This document shows positions 37,650 to 45,075 of a DNA stretch of 64,000 bases, piece after piece; within the stretch, counting starts at the first letter, position 1; each line of letters begins with the position of its first letter. The stretch lies in the IMG/VR virus record IMGVR_UViG_3300045988_139196. The stretch is one strand, 5' to 3'. The notes under the pieces are model-generated. The model was not told where the DNA came from, made no database searches, and saw nothing but the letters and a program-made list of their open reading frames with translations. The translations under genes were made by a program, and so were the position numbers. The DNA comes from a virus.

Positions 37650-38426
37650 TTAGTTTGTTGTATTACACTTTCTCAACATTCTAATAATTCCACTCTGACC
37701 CTTTGGCGTTACCATAGGAGTGAGTCCTATTCTGACTGCGCCATTCTGTATGTATGAGCTTTCTTTAAGCTGAAACCATGGCTGAGTGTCTATGTACCTT
37801 TGATAAGGCATATTCTTATGACCGTCCTTACAGCCTAACACTTTCTTTTCTCTCAAAAAATTAAATAGCCTTGTTCTGCCTATCTTTATTCCGTTCTTAG
37901 TTGCCAACTTTGCCATGTCGTTCATTGATATACAATCTTCAGAAGTTTGTATATGACTTGCAAAGTCCACAAGAGGTTTATCCTGCTCTATCTTATTATT
38001 AAGCTGTCTGATCGTTGATAGATTGAGCCTGAACAATTCTCTCGTCTGAGCATCGGCATTTGGCAGATAGGTGTTAATGAACATCTCGTCATTGGCTACA
38101 TAACCGCCTGTCTTGCGTATAGTCGGGAGAACTTCTGAAGTGACCCAACGTTTAAATGTTTTAGCCTTTGGTAGCTTACTTCCGAGAATAAGAGAATACA
38201 AGCCAGACTCATTAATGATAGTCATTGTTTGCTTTCCACCAAGGACGCCCTGAAATGGGGCGTCATTTTTATCATCATCATCAACGTGCCTTGCAATGGC
38301 ATTTCTTGCCTTTGTATACCCCAAAATCTCAGCCACATCTTTTCCGACAAACCAAGGCTCTCCGTCCTTAACTATTGTCCTCACTGTTCCAAATTCCTTG
38401 TTTGTGAATGTTTTAATTCCGTCCAT
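37650..38426 (-). CDS. BRO-N / KilAC-type phage antirepressor
   Basis: FTNKEFGTVRTIVKDGEPWFVGKDVAEILGY (Bro-N) and a C-terminal ..MNDMAKL..GRTRLFNFLREKKVL (KilAC-like). The ATG at 38426 follows AAAGGA. Confidence 0.8.
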   Translation of the reverse strand: MDGIKTFTNKEFGTVRTIVKDGEPWFVGKDVAEILGYTKARNAIARHVDDDDKNDAPFQGVLGGKQTMTIINESGLYSLILGSKLPKAKTFKRWVTSEVLPTIRKTGGYVANDEMFINTYLPNADAQTRELFRLNLSTIRQLNNKIEQDKPLVDFASHIQTSEDCISMNDMAKLATKNGIKIGRTRLFNFLREKKVLGCKDGHKNMPYQRYIDTQPWFQLKESSYIQNGAVRIGLTPMVTPKGQSGIIRMLRKCNTTN

Positions 38427-38517
38427 TTTCTTTGTCCTTTCTGTTCTTAATTTACATTGTTGTTTGAAATTTCCTGCTTGCAAGCATAAAAATACACTAT
38501 TGTCAAAGAAATAGTTC

Positions 38518-38546
38518 TTGACAGCAGTGTTTACTCATGATATAAT
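38518..38546 (+). promoter_or_regulatory. perfect consensus promoter for the antisense sRNA
   Basis: TTGACA (38518-38523), 17 nt, TATAAT (38541-38546). Confidence 0.75.
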
Positions 38547-38552
38547 ATATTT

Positions 38553-38661
38553 ACCAGAAGTAACACTTGTCAAAACACCATTACTATAAGTAATGTGCTT
38601 GTGTACTTTTGTTCACCTGACAACTCTGCTTGACTTTCCACGGACAGCAGAGTTGTTTTTT
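38553..38661 (+). ncRNA. candidate sRNA of about 110 nt, antisense to the RHH-antirepressor intercistronic region
   Basis: Runs from the consensus promoter to the terminator ACAACTCTGCT-loop-AGCAGAGTTGT plus T6 (38620-38661). Internal hairpin CATTACT-ATA-AGTAATG. No SD-preceded ORF. Confidence 0.6.
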
Positions 38662-38842
38662 ATTTGCCAACAATAGTTTTAGTTTCGTTTAGCCTTAGTA
38701 CCAATTCAAACTTGTCATCTACATACATTTTCATGAATGTTTCCAACAAATCGTTCATTTTAATGCCGTTAATAGCACATTTTGACTTGAACTGATTTTG
38801 AATTTCGCTGTCTATTGTTGTTGTGAACGGTTTTCTATCCAT
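38660..38842 (-). CDS. Arc/CopG-like ribbon-helix-helix protein
   Basis: 60 aa with a beta-alpha-alpha pattern: KPFTTTIDSEIQNQFKSKCAINGIKMNDLLETFMKMY. Confidence 0.6.
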   Translation of the reverse strand: MDRKPFTTTIDSEIQNQFKSKCAINGIKMNDLLETFMKMYVDDKFELVLRLNETKTIVGK

Positions 38843-38870
38843 TATTATTTTCTCACCTGCCTTTTATTAT

Positions 38871-38899
38871 AGTATAATTTATTTTTATATGTTTGTCAA
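38871..38899 (-). promoter_or_regulatory. promoter of the RHH-antirepressor operon
   Basis: On the minus strand: TTGACA (38899-38894), 17 nt, TATACT (38876-38871). Confidence 0.65.
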
Positions 38900-39076
38900 C
38901 CATATAAAAATAAAAATCTTTCACAAAATTCTAGCGTATTTTTTGTTGAAATACACAATTTTAGTTTCTGAGATATTACACTTAAACCCTAAATCTTGAT
39001 TTTCAGCCTAAAATATGCTAAAATTTTCTTATAAAAAGTAATTCTAATTAATCTTAGAAATTGGAGGAAATAAAAA

Positions 39077-39736
39077 ATGAGCAAAATAAAATTAATTCTT
39101 ATCGCACTCATGACAATATTAGCATTGTCCTCATGTAATAGTAAAACAACAAGTTCCATATCTGACAGTAATTTCACTACCACTACAACAATTACAACAA
39201 CCACCACTCCCACAACAACTTCTCATACTTTGACAACAACCAAACCATCAACTACCACAACCACTTCCAAATCATCAACTACTACCACAACGACTACAAC
39301 CACAACGACAACTACAACTACCACGCATGATTATAGTTCTGAAATAAGTGCTTTAGAGCAAGAAAATAATCGCCTACAGGGTGAAATCTCCACCTATCAG
39401 AACGAAATAAACAATGAGCAATCTGATATTTCCATCTATGAAATCTATAAATCGGATGCCGAAGATGATGTTGAGGAGGCTAAAATACAGCTTGAAAACG
39501 CCAATAAGAAAATGGTTAAAGTTTATGGTGATGGCGGTTGGACTACAGAAGTTGACTCAGAAGCAGTTTCAAAGGCTCAATCTCACTTAGACGATTGCCA
39601 AAGAGTTGTTGACGTGTACAATGAACTTATATCAGAAAGTCAAAGTAATATTGATTATTATAACACTTGTATATCCAATAATCAAAGTTCCATTGAAAGC
39701 AATAATAGTCTTATAAACGATTATCGTAGCAGATAA
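39077..39736 (+). CDS. lipoprotein with Thr-rich linker and coiled-coil domain
   Basis: Signal peptide with lipobox LALSSC, a poly-T/S linker, and heptad-like QNEINNEQ repeats. SD GGAGGA upstream. Confidence 0.75.
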   Translation: MSKIKLILIALMTILALSSCNSKTTSSISDSNFTTTTTITTTTTPTTTSHTLTTTKPSTTTTTSKSSTTTTTTTTTTTTTTTTHDYSSEISALEQENNRLQGEISTYQNEINNEQSDISIYEIYKSDAEDDVEEAKIQLENANKKMVKVYGDGGWTTEVDSEAVSKAQSHLDDCQRVVDVYNELISESQSNIDYYNTCISNNQSSIESNNSLINDYRSR

Positions 39737-39758
39737 TCATAAAACAGGAGGTAATACC

Positions 39759-40118
39759 ATGAAGAAAATTTGTTCCATTCTTGTGATTGCAATAGGAATA
39801 ACACTATTTGTGATAGGTTATACAACAAAAATTCCAAGCAAAAATTTAACCACATTTTCAATTTTGGAAGGTGACAAGTATAGTGCCATTGACGAATATG
39901 TTGGCGGTGACGCTTACAACTATATCATAGGAGCTTCACTTGTCAGCGGTAAAATAGCCGCTGCGAAAATTGAGAGAGTAATTTTCATATCCACTGGCTC
40001 ATTAATTTTCTCCATTGGCATAATTGGTTTTGCATTTTCATTTAAAACCAAAGAAAAGAAACCTAAAGAAAAAAAAGATGTTGGCGAGCAGGGTGACTTG
40101 TCACAAACTAACGAATAA
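39759..40118 (+). CDS. membrane protein (about 3 TM helices)
   Basis: Hydrophobic segments; SD AGGAGG upstream. Confidence 0.65.
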   Translation: MKKICSILVIAIGITLFVIGYTTKIPSKNLTTFSILEGDKYSAIDEYVGGDAYNYIIGASLVSGKIAAAKIERVIFISTGSLIFSIGIIGFAFSFKTKEKKPKEKKDVGEQGDLSQTNE

Positions 40119-40144
40119 AATTTACAAAGTTCCACAAAATAGTA

Positions 40145-40173
40145 TTGACAAAATGAGTATAGTATGCTATACT
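40145..40173 (+). promoter_or_regulatory. promoter of type III TA locus 1
   Basis: TTGACA, 17 nt, TATACT. Confidence 0.75.
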
Positions 40174-40202
40174 ATAAATGATGAAAGGTAGTTATTTACC
40201 AT

Positions 40203-40292
40203 TTCCGCTTACCAATATGCGGGATATAAATGGTTGGGTTGAAAGTTTTCCGCTTACCAATATGCGGGATATAAATGGTTGGGTTGAAAGTT
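40203..40292 (+). ncRNA. type III antitoxin-like RNA: two perfect 45-nt direct repeats
   Basis: TTCCGCTTACCAATATGCGGGATATAAATGGTTGGGTTGAAAGTT occurs at 40203-40247 and 40248-40292, plus a 2-nt partial third copy. Confidence 0.8.
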
Positions 40293-40294
40293 TT

Positions 40295-40327
40295 AAGCCT
40301 TGCCGTTGTGGCAGGGCTTTTAATTTT
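40295..40327 (+). terminator. intrinsic terminator between RNA repeats and toxin gene
   Basis: AAGCCTTGCC-GTTGT-GGCAGGGCTT followed by TTAATTTT. Confidence 0.75.
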
Positions 40328-40342
40328 GGAAGGTGAAAAATA

Positions 40343-40849
40343 ATGGTTGAACATGGCTTTTATATAATTGATGATTTATTCTTCAAGAAATTTAACGACC
40401 CTTTTCTAAAAGGAAATAAATCCGAAAATCGTCCTCATTACTATTGTTTTAAAGATACTAATGAAGGACTATATTGGATAATTCCTTTAAGCTCACGCAT
40501 TAACAAGTATCAAAAGATAATCAACCAACGCTTAAAAAATCATAAGCCATGTGATATATTACATATTTGTACTCTGAGCAATGGAAAACAAAGTGTATTT
40601 TTAATACAAGATATGTTTCCCATTACTCAAAAATATATCAAGCGTAAATATACCATTAATTCCAATCACCTCATTCTTAAAAATCAAAATGAAATACGAA
40701 TTATTAAACAAAAAGCTGAACGTATTCTTAATCAGATCAATCGAGGTCAACATTGTATTACAACTTGTGCCGATGTATTATCTATCAAAAAAGAACTGCT
40801 GTTAGAACTACAGATAGAAACTCAAACAGCGGACACTCTGACTTGTTGA
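40343..40849 (+). CDS. ToxN/AbiQ-family type III toxin (endoribonuclease-like), copy 1
   Basis: GFYIIDD..F, ENRPHYYCF, GLYWIIPLSSR and FLIQDMFPIT match the ToxN/AbiQ pattern. SD GGAAGGTGA upstream. Confidence 0.8.
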   Translation: MVEHGFYIIDDLFFKKFNDPFLKGNKSENRPHYYCFKDTNEGLYWIIPLSSRINKYQKIINQRLKNHKPCDILHICTLSNGKQSVFLIQDMFPITQKYIKRKYTINSNHLILKNQNEIRIIKQKAERILNQINRGQHCITTCADVLSIKKELLLELQIETQTADTLTC

Positions 40850-40901
40850 TTTGTGTTTTTTGAATTTGCATAAAATTCCATTCAAAACTTTTTGAAAAGC
40901 A

Positions 40902-40930
40902 TTGACAAATTGACAATAGTATGCTATACT
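40902..40930 (+). promoter_or_regulatory. promoter of type III TA locus 2
   Basis: TTGACA, 17 nt, TATACT. The 27 nt at 40918-40944 are identical to 40161-40187. Confidence 0.75.
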
Positions 40931-40962
40931 ATAAATGATGAAAGATTATCTCTATCATCTCT

Positions 40963-41087
40963 AATTTACGCTTCGCAATGTGCGACACAGAAACATTGTA
41001 GATACAATTACGTTTCACAATGTACGGCAAAGTAACATTGTAGTATTCAATTTACGCTTCGCAATGTGCGACACAGAAACATTGTAG
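40963..41087 (+). ncRNA. type III antitoxin-like RNA: about 2.9 copies of a 43-nt repeat
   Basis: Units start at 40963, 41006 and 41049. Units 1 and 3 are identical over 39 nt (AATTTACGCTTCGCAATGTGCGACACAGAAACATTGTAG). Unit 2 is diverged. Confidence 0.8.
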
Positions 41088-41089
41088 TG

Positions 41090-41132
41090 ATGCTGTCATT
41101 TTGGTTAATCTGAAGTGACAGCATATTTTTTT
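41090..41132 (+). terminator. intrinsic terminator between repeats and toxin gene
   Basis: ATGCTGTCA-17 nt-TGACAGCAT followed by ATTTTTTT. Confidence 0.7.
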
Positions 41133-41151
41133 GTATTAGGAGTGTCAAAAT

Positions 41152-41640
41152 ATGACGGAACATGGTATGTACTTTATTACACCCGACTATTATCAACTTA
41201 TTCGAGATGTAGGAGGAACTTGGAATGATTGCAAGGAAAGACCCATTGTTTGTTTGATTAAGTCCACCGAAAATTCCAAATTGTATTGGGCAATACCTGT
41301 AGGCAAAGTAAATCATCGTGACACTAAAGCTATTAATCGTATTTATTCCTATATAAACAAAGATCCAAGAAATATTGCTTCTTGCTTTTATCACATTGGC
41401 AAGACAACCACCAAATCTATTTTCTTTATTAGTGATGCTTTTCCTGTAACAGATGTCTACATAGACAGAATTTATGAGGGCTATGATAAACAACAATATG
41501 TCATTGAAAACAATAATCTTCTGTCTGCTCTGAAATATAAGCTCCAAAGAATTTTAAGTTATGAAAATGCTAATCCAAATTTCTTCCGTCAGCATATTAC
41601 CGATGTTAAAAGAAAACTATTAGACGAAATTAACAATTAA
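41152..41640 (+). CDS. ToxN/AbiQ-family type III toxin, copy 2 (diverged paralogue)
   Basis: GMYFITPDYY, KERPIVCLI, KLYWAIPVGK and FFISDAFPVT. SD AGGAG upstream. Confidence 0.75.
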   Translation: MTEHGMYFITPDYYQLIRDVGGTWNDCKERPIVCLIKSTENSKLYWAIPVGKVNHRDTKAINRIYSYINKDPRNIASCFYHIGKTTTKSIFFISDAFPVTDVYIDRIYEGYDKQQYVIENNNLLSALKYKLQRILSYENANPNFFRQHITDVKRKLLDEINN

Positions 41641-41657
41641 ACAAAAGAGGTATTCTT

Positions 41658-41990
41658 ATGTCCGAAATTAAATCAATAACAGACCAAGAAATATTATCAT
41701 ACTGGAACTCAATTAAATCCGTAAGAGGAGTTGCTATTAAACTCGGTATCTCGTGGCAAAGAGTTATGAAAAGTCTTTCTAGTTTAGGTATTATAGTTAA
41801 TAATACCCACGCCAAAATCACTCAATACCACAAAGAAGGGAAGTCGGCTAATGAGATTGCCAACTTAATGAATATGAACGTTAATGTTGTGAAAGCCTAT
41901 CTCCCACGCAACAGACCTCAATACAAGGTTAATCAATCTAAAAATGCTCTAGCAGTACAGAGGAGTAAAGAACGCCACAAGAAACGCTAA
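41658..41990 (+). CDS. DNA-binding protein with two HTH-like repeats
   Basis: VRGVAIKLGISWQRVMKSL and SANEIANLMNMNVNVVKAYL. Confidence 0.5.
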   Translation: MSEIKSITDQEILSYWNSIKSVRGVAIKLGISWQRVMKSLSSLGIIVNNTHAKITQYHKEGKSANEIANLMNMNVNVVKAYLPRNRPQYKVNQSKNALAVQRSKERHKKR

Positions 41991-42012
41991 AGGGACTTTT
42001 AAAAGTCCCTTT
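41989..42012. terminator. bidirectional hairpin terminator
   Basis: Palindrome AAAGGGACTTTT/AAAAGTCCCTTT between convergent genes, with a T-run on the plus side. Confidence 0.65.
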
Positions 42013-42873
42013 TTATTTTACATACTTATCCACAACTTCCTTGCCCACTTCCATTTTTAACATTTGCTCTTTTACGAGTCTGCTATCGCAGCCACTATAA
42101 TGTTGCTCAGTTATCCTCAAATCAGAATGTCCTAAGCTCTGACAGGCAATACGCAAATCTCTAATAACATCTTCACTGCCTTTTTGAATACAACTAATAT
42201 AAACGGAATGTGTCTGCCTAAAGCTGTGAGTGCTATATTTACCTTCTATGCCATGTTTGGCGGTTATATTCTTTAGAAATGTTGTAACGGAATTAAGTTC
42301 CATAGGAGCTATTCTGAGTAGTCTGCCGTTCCAATCATACTTCTCATTAGTATATATAATTTCTTCTTCTCCGTCCTCATTCAAGAAAATGTCCTCAATA
42401 TACTTCCTCTTACGTTCTCCACTCTGAAAAATATAATCTTCTGGGTCAAGTCCATAATACTTGATTATAAAACTCAGCATTTTCTTCACAGTATCACAAA
42501 GCCATGCCGTTCTCCATTTGTCCGTCTTGTCCTCTTGTAATGTCAAGTAATCTACAATTTTGCCGTTGTTATCGGTTAAATCCTTGACCCTCAAGGTCAT
42601 TATATCTCCGTAACGATAGCCTAAGTTACAAGCAAAAATTATAATATTTGCCTTGAAATATTTTTTGTTCTGAAACAAATCTTCCAAGAGAACATTCAGA
42701 TCATCGGGTCTGAACCAACTCGCAGACTTCTGCTTGCTTTCTTTATGCTTCGTAATAGCATTTCTGTGACCTTTTTTTCGTTTTGGCTGTTTTGTTATCT
42801 GTATTCCTGTCAGAAGTCTATCCGATAAATCGAAAATTTTGCAAGTTTGAGCTGTACTAATATTCATTTTCAT
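42013..42873 (-). CDS. tyrosine recombinase / phage integrase family
   Basis: GYRYGDI (Arg), HSFRQTH (HxxR) and LGHSDLRITEQHY (His..Tyr). Confidence 0.8.
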   Translation of the reverse strand: MKMNISTAQTCKIFDLSDRLLTGIQITKQPKRKKGHRNAITKHKESKQKSASWFRPDDLNVLLEDLFQNKKYFKANIIIFACNLGYRYGDIMTLRVKDLTDNNGKIVDYLTLQEDKTDKWRTAWLCDTVKKMLSFIIKYYGLDPEDYIFQSGERKRKYIEDIFLNEDGEEEIIYTNEKYDWNGRLLRIAPMELNSVTTFLKNITAKHGIEGKYSTHSFRQTHSVYISCIQKGSEDVIRDLRIACQSLGHSDLRITEQHYSGCDSRLVKEQMLKMEVGKEVVDKYVK

Positions 42874-42882
42874 TCACTCCCA

Positions 42883-43143
42883 TCATATACACAATGTAAA
42901 TATTATTCCTGCTATCAACATAACGCTTGTAAAGAGCAAGCCAAAACCACCATAGACAACGTTCTTCACTATCATTCTAACTTTTCTCTGGCGTTCTTCT
43001 CTGAGCCTTTGACGGCGTTTTGCTTTTAAATATGCCTTCCGCATATTATAATCTTGTTCTTCCTCTATCTTCCGTAGCTCTTCTTTACGATCGTTGTCTA
43101 GCATTTTCACAAAAAGTAATGTATTCGTATTTTCATTTTTCAT
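42883..43143 (-). CDS. tail-anchored membrane protein with basic coiled-coil
   Basis: Start MKNENTN follows AGGAGG. C-terminal TM segment GGFGLLFTSVMLIAGIIFTLCI. Confidence 0.55.
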   Translation of the reverse strand: MKNENTNTLLFVKMLDNDRKEELRKIEEEQDYNMRKAYLKAKRRQRLREERQRKVRMIVKNVVYGGFGLLFTSVMLIAGIIFTLCI

Positions 43144-43176
43144 ATTTATTCCTCCTATATTTATTCCTGCATAAAG

Positions 43177-43215
43177 AAATACTCCTATCAATCAATGTGA
43201 TTAATAGGAGTATTT
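43177..43215 (-). terminator. hairpin terminator (12-bp stem)
   Basis: AAATACTCCTAT-15 nt-ATAGGAGTATTT. The U-tract on the minus strand is weak. Confidence 0.45.
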
Positions 43216-43251
43216 ATATTTATTATATTAGTTTTATACACACAATCGCTT

Positions 43252-43806
43252 TCATATTGCAAGTAAACTGTCTATTTCTGCAAGTCTTTTAAGAAGCTTT
43301 TCACGCTCCACTTTTAAGCTTTCCACGTCTATATCAGATACGAGTTTAACGCCCTCGTGGTCTTTGATTTTGCTATAAATCGTTTCAGGAACACCTTTTA
43401 CACGAACGATTGTGTTCTTATCAGCCGCTATTCTAGGACTTTTGGCAGAGCCACCCGAAGTGGCAAAGCCACCGTTTATAAGCATTGCATTGTCGGAGAA
43501 AATAACCTCTCTGTCACGATAAAGTCTTTTCAGAACAACGATTGAGCCAACTCTGATTTCTCCGTCCTCGTAACCCTCAGTATAAGTGTCGAGGTCAAGA
43601 TCTACTGTGACAGTGCTAACCGCACCAAGTTCTCCGCATTCACCATAGCATTCGATGAGTAACGCCTTGACAGCTTCCTTGTTCTCCTCTGGGAAGACCC
43701 AGCAAGGGGCGTTCCACTTGCCCTGTATCTGCTTTGCCCCTGCGACAAAGCTCTTGTTATACGGACTGTTTACCTTGATTGTCTCGTTTTCAACTGTAAC
43801 TTTCAT
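43252..43806 (-). CDS. hypothetical protein, elevated GC
   Basis: ORF only. A hand-counted 60-nt sample (43441-43500) is about 50% GC. Confidence 0.55.
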   Translation of the reverse strand: MKVTVENETIKVNSPYNKSFVAGAKQIQGKWNAPCWVFPEENKEAVKALLIECYGECGELGAVSTVTVDLDLDTYTEGYEDGEIRVGSIVVLKRLYRDREVIFSDNAMLINGGFATSGGSAKSPRIAADKNTIVRVKGVPETIYSKIKDHEGVKLVSDIDVESLKVEREKLLKRLAEIDSLLAI

Positions 43807-43829
43807 GTTTTATCTCCTATTATATTATA

Positions 43830-44105
43830 TTACTTCTTATTGTCAGGGATCTTAGCCCACATTTTCTCTCGATAAGCCAACTCTTGGCTATAGGTTTCAT
43901 GCCATTGCTTATCCAGTTCTTTTCGTTCCTCAAGCGTAAGACTTCTACCCTCATCAATAGCCTTATAAAAGGCGTCATCATAAATCTTTTGAGCTTTGTC
44001 AAAAGCTCCAATTGGATTGTATTTTCTGTTAATTTCTCTCCGCTTATTTTCACTATGGTTCACACATAGATAAATAATAATCAAAATGATTGTTGCTAGT
44101 AACAA
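43830..44105 (-). CDS. membrane-anchored small protein
   Basis: N-terminal TM segment MLLATIILIIIYLCV. Confidence 0.5.
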   Translation of the reverse strand: MLLATIILIIIYLCVNHSENKRREINRKYNPIGAFDKAQKIYDDAFYKAIDEGRSLTLEERKELDKQWHETYSQELAYREKMWAKIPDNKK

Positions 44106-44185
44106 TGTTTATTCCTCCTCATTCAGCTCATGCTCGTTGTAAATTTCTTCATTATTTCTAATTAATTATACCACAAAATTCCTCA

Positions 44186-44398
44186 TTAGTCAACTAGAAT
44201 TTTGTCGAAAACGTCCATAAAATCGGACAGTATGGCTATTTTTATTAACCACGTTTTACACTCGTCATCAGTATAGCCGCTACACTTCATTTGTGCGATA
44301 TGTAATCTAATACGCTCATTCCGTTCCAATGATCTGATACGTTCCATAAGACGCTTATCAGGGTGCTGTATTACCATGTTATTCTGCTTTTCTATCAT
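44186..44398 (-). CDS. hypothetical protein
   Basis: Start MIEKQNN follows GGAGGA. The listed TTG start lies inside the SD. Confidence 0.5.
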   Translation of the reverse strand: MIEKQNNMVIQHPDKRLMERIRSLERNERIRLHIAQMKCSGYTDDECKTWLIKIAILSDFMDVFDKILVD

Positions 44399-44416
44399 AT
44401 AAAATTCCTCCAAAAA

Positions 44417-44503
44417 TTAATTATGGAAATGTTTAAAAGCTTCTTCTTTATCAGTACATATTGTTCCATTAGTAGTTATGAATGTGTGAATTTCTTTTAT
44501 CAT
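44417..44503 (-). CDS. 28-aa mini-paralogue of the two following genes
   Basis: Unlisted ORF MIKEIHTFITTNGTICTDKEEAFKHFHN after AGAGGAG. It matches the N-termini of the 44539 and 45076 gene products. Confidence 0.4.
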   Translation of the reverse strand: MIKEIHTFITTNGTICTDKEEAFKHFHN

Positions 44504-44538
44504 AAGTAATAATTCTCCTCTGTATAAACTTCTTTTAA

Positions 44539-45048
44539 TTAAATAAACCTATTCAAATTTTTCATCATATCCTCTAAGTTAGTTATTTTCTTCTTATAAT
44601 GGTCAAGTAAAATTATGTTATATTCTGTTGGTGGGCAAGTACTGTATTTAGACATAGTTTCATGCCAACTTGTTATAATGTCTTTCATATAATTCAATTG
44701 ATGGTTAGTACCGATTTCATACCAGCCCACACCCTTAAAGCTATTTGAATTAAAATAATATGCATCAATTTCATCATCTGTAAGATAAGCAAGCATTGCA
44801 ACAAAGTTAAAAGCATCTTTATTTTCGATATAAACATAATCTGCCTCATACCAAATATCTTTTGCAAGAGCTTTCAAGTTTTTGTCTTTAGGTATTTCCC
44901 AATAAGGTTCATCATCGTACTTATCATATCCAACAAGCTTAAACTTCATTACATCTTTATTTGTTTTAAGTTCATGTGTAAGAGCTTCTTCAGCACTCTT
45001 AAATTCCTTACCATCTGTTGTCTTAAAATATTCGATATGCTCAATCAT
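44539..45048 (-). CDS. hypothetical protein, paralogue family member
   Basis: MIEHIEYFKTTDGKEFKSAEEALTHE.., AFNFVAML and FKGVGWY are shared with the next gene. Confidence 0.6.
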   Translation of the reverse strand: MIEHIEYFKTTDGKEFKSAEEALTHELKTNKDVMKFKLVGYDKYDDEPYWEIPKDKNLKALAKDIWYEADYVYIENKDAFNFVAMLAYLTDDEIDAYYFNSNSFKGVGWYEIGTNHQLNYMKDIITSWHETMSKYSTCPPTEYNIILLDHYKKKITNLEDMMKNLNRFI

Positions 45049-45075
45049 TTATATTCTCCTTCAAGTTAAAAAAAA

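Noticed and set aside
38501-38527. Imperfect palindrome TGTCAAAGAA-ATA-GTTCTTGACA, considered as face-to-face promoters with a minus-strand promoter for the antirepressor
   Set aside because: The minus-strand TTGACA has no acceptable -10 at 16-18 nt. Only the plus-strand sRNA promoter is convincing. The palindrome may still be an operator.
40203-41087. Direct repeats considered as a CRISPR array
   Set aside because: The repeats are contiguous with no spacers. There are only 2-3 units of 43-45 nt, each followed by a terminator and a ToxN-like gene. This fits type III antitoxin RNA, not CRISPR.
42013-42873. Treating the integrase as marking a prophage end or attP within the window
   Set aside because: No flanking direct repeats or tRNA-fragment att site could be identified by eye, and phage genes continue on both sides.
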